Assembly: GCA_910592345.1 (NCBI GenBank)
Contig: CAJVPI010000282.1
Location: forward strand, 1 to 36,863
Length of the DNA stretch: 36,863 nt
Origin: Paraglomus brasilianum
Lineage: Eukaryota
Direction: 5' to 3'
This document shows positions 34,915 to 36,863 of this stretch, piece after piece. A model generated the notes under the pieces. That model saw only the letters and a program-made list of their open reading frames with translations, did not search any database and had not been told where the DNA came from. Positions within the stretch are counted from its first letter, which is position 1; each line of letters starts with the position of its first letter. A program made the translations under genes and the position numbers.

Positions 34915-35919
34915 ATGCACGACCTTCATTGGTCCGTGATTCTGATGAAATACTTTACTCACGTTTTCCCCATGAATACCTATCGTCCTTTCGACGATCT
35001 TTTTGATTTCTTTATTTACACTTTTCTTCCTTTTGTGGCTATATGGAACTACTCCTTGTTCAAAGGAAGAAAAGCAATACGGATTAGAACCTTTTTTAAC
35101 TTGGTCGAAACTAATTTGGTTAAATACTCCATCCCATTTGGTTGTTGCTTGTTCAACGAAGACATTTTGTTCCATCATCCAATAACCTATGTCTTTTTGG
35201 CACTAATGTCATTAGATGTTCTATTTACATGTTATTGGATAATTATAAGTTGGAAGGAACCGGATTTATCAATTTTCAACATAGATCGCATTGAGACATT
35301 CAAAAGATATTGTTTACTTAAACGCTTTCATTTATTTTACTCATTTATTCAAATTATTATACCTACTTATGCGCAAATGGTTATTGTTTTTTTCTTGACA
35401 AATTATTACTTTTTTCGAACCCTTTTTATACTCGAAAATGCTTTATTTTACGGAATAACACTGTTCTTTATTATTTCCTTGGGCATTTTTGTTTGGTCAA
35501 AAACAAGTTGCTATTTTGCTTTGACTTTTTTCAACTTTTTGTTTATTACGTTACATATTGTATTGTTTATTTCACCAAACAGCTATTTTACCAAAGCGGA
35601 AGTTGGAATATGTATGCTTTATCTGAGTAATATGTTCAAACTCAACGATTTTTGTTTCGATCCAACGAAAAGAGATGACTATCTACCGATTATGCTTAAA
35701 CATTATCACTCCCTACGGTGGTTATTCTTTTGGATATTTTATCCACACCATGACAAATACGAGCAGATCACTGGGGTTGACTTAGCTGATTATATTAAAT
35801 TTAAGCAAGATCACCAAAGTTGGTTTGTTCGTGAAATATGGGATCATGAGTATGTTAGACAAATACAATATCAAAACGTAGATTCATTTAACATTGTAAT
35901 TGAATATGAAATGATTTAG
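34915..35919 (+). CDS. Intronless multi-pass membrane protein of unknown function (~334 aa from the first ATG)
   Basis: A 1-kb uninterrupted ORF in AT-rich DNA. It has about 7-9 Phe/Leu/Ile-rich stretches (e.g. ITYVFLALMSLDVLFTCYWIIISW, ALFYGITLFFIISLGIFVW, YFALTFFNFLFITLHIVLFI) and a polar C-terminal tail. I recognise no family. Confidence 0.65.
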   Translation: MHDLHWSVILMKYFTHVFPMNTYRPFDDLFDFFIYTFLPFVAIWNYSLFKGRKAIRIRTFFNLVETNLVKYSIPFGCCLFNEDILFHHPITYVFLALMSLDVLFTCYWIIISWKEPDLSIFNIDRIETFKRYCLLKRFHLFYSFIQIIIPTYAQMVIVFFLTNYYFFRTLFILENALFYGITLFFIISLGIFVWSKTSCYFALTFFNFLFITLHIVLFISPNSYFTKAEVGICMLYLSNMFKLNDFCFDPTKRDDYLPIMLKHYHSLRWLFFWIFYPHHDKYEQITGVDLADYIKFKQDHQSWFVREIWDHEYVRQIQYQNVDSFNIVIEYEMI

Positions 35920-36501
35920 TTTTTTTTTTTTGATTATTATTATTACCATCGATAGATTTACCTTGGAATCTTTTTTGTAAATTAACTTAAATCAGAATTT
36001 ATCTTTCTTAAACTCAGACGTTAGAATGATATTAATGATATTAAAAAGAATATCGCTTTATAAATAGGTGTCAAGTGAACTTGCATTTATACAGATAGTA
36101 TTTTCACGATTATTTTTTTGTTACTAATTTTGCTTCGCAGGTATATACTATACAATGAAGTAATAGTGCAACCATGACGGCTCTGCTGATAACATCAACA
36201 ATCTGCTTGAATTACTGCTTAATCAAAGGTGGATTTGTTGTATCCATTGCAGTGGTTCTAACAAACCGCTTGCCAAGTCACGGAAATATAAGTTGTGACA
36301 CCTTTGACACCTTTGGTGTGTTTGGATTTCTAAAGGAATTATAACTTAATGTAGAAGGGGACATGGATAGGCATCATAACCTAAATTGAATATTTCTTTT
36401 CAATGGAAATCGATCAGAAACATTAAGATATACGAAAATTTATATAAGTGATTAAACCATTATCGATATTGAATTTGACTTTCTAAAGAGTATACAAGCT
36501 G

Positions 36502-36526
36502 TCTATCTATCTATCTATCTATCTAT
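36502..36526 (+). repeat. (TCTA)6 microsatellite
   Basis: TCTATCTATCTATCTATCTATCTAT is read directly from the sequence. Confidence 0.9.
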
Positions 36527-36765
36527 GTGTCATAAAATATATATTACGACACTGACGATGGTGTCCAGCCTTGGTATGTACATTATCTGCTCCATTGACT
36601 CAATTGTGGCACAGTAATTTTTTTGTTGGCAATGGAGCGAATGGAATAGTTGCCTTTTTAGGATAACCAATAATAATGGCCAATAAAATGTCAAAGCGTC
36701 ATCTCATCTCATCTCACGGTTTAATATCACGTGTTTTATGAGGTATATCCAGTGGCTTACCATTA

Positions 36766-36863
36766 GAGCAATGGAGCATTGGACTGGAGCAATGGAGCAT
36801 TGGACTGGAGCAATGGAGCATTGGACTGGAGCAATGGAGCATTGGACTGGAGCAATGGAGCAT
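36766..36863 (+). repeat. Perfect 21-bp tandem repeat (GAGCAATGGAGCATTGGACTG)n running off the window end
   Basis: About 4.7 identical copies run from 36766 to the last base. Confidence 0.97.

Noticed and set aside
34873..35185. ORFs 34873..35178 (-) and 35003..35185 (+)
   Set aside because: They are shadows of the longer membrane-protein ORF.
1..36863. tRNA or rRNA genes
   Set aside because: I recognised no cloverleaf or rRNA-conserved motifs by eye. A tRNAscan-SE or Rfam run would be needed to exclude them.

Overview
This is AT-rich, intron-containing eukaryotic DNA, not prokaryotic. The gene families and intron style point to an arbuscular mycorrhizal fungus (Glomeromycota); that assignment is an inference. 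Four genes look intact when modelled by hand. (1) A multi-exon minus-strand gene runs off the left edge and carries an acidic 41-45 aa tandem repeat. (2) An intronless AIG1/GIMAP-like P-loop GTPase. (3) A 5-exon, ~768 aa tyrosine-kinase-like kinase whose N-terminal half is made of repeated degenerate kinase N-lobe modules, with introns at equivalent positions. (4) A ~12-exon, ~2,700 aa homolog of animal UNC80, a scaffold of the NALCN sodium-leak channel complex. There is also an orphan intronless multi-pass membrane ORF behind a modular repeat array, and a decayed ML-domain-like secreted protein gene. Transposon relics fill much of the space between genes: Helitron Rep/PIF1, Tc1 DD34E, a Ginger/KRBA2-like integrase, and pogo/Tigger termini with a MITE. 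A perfect 21-bp tandem repeat runs off the right edge. All homology calls come from motif recognition by eye; no database search was run.
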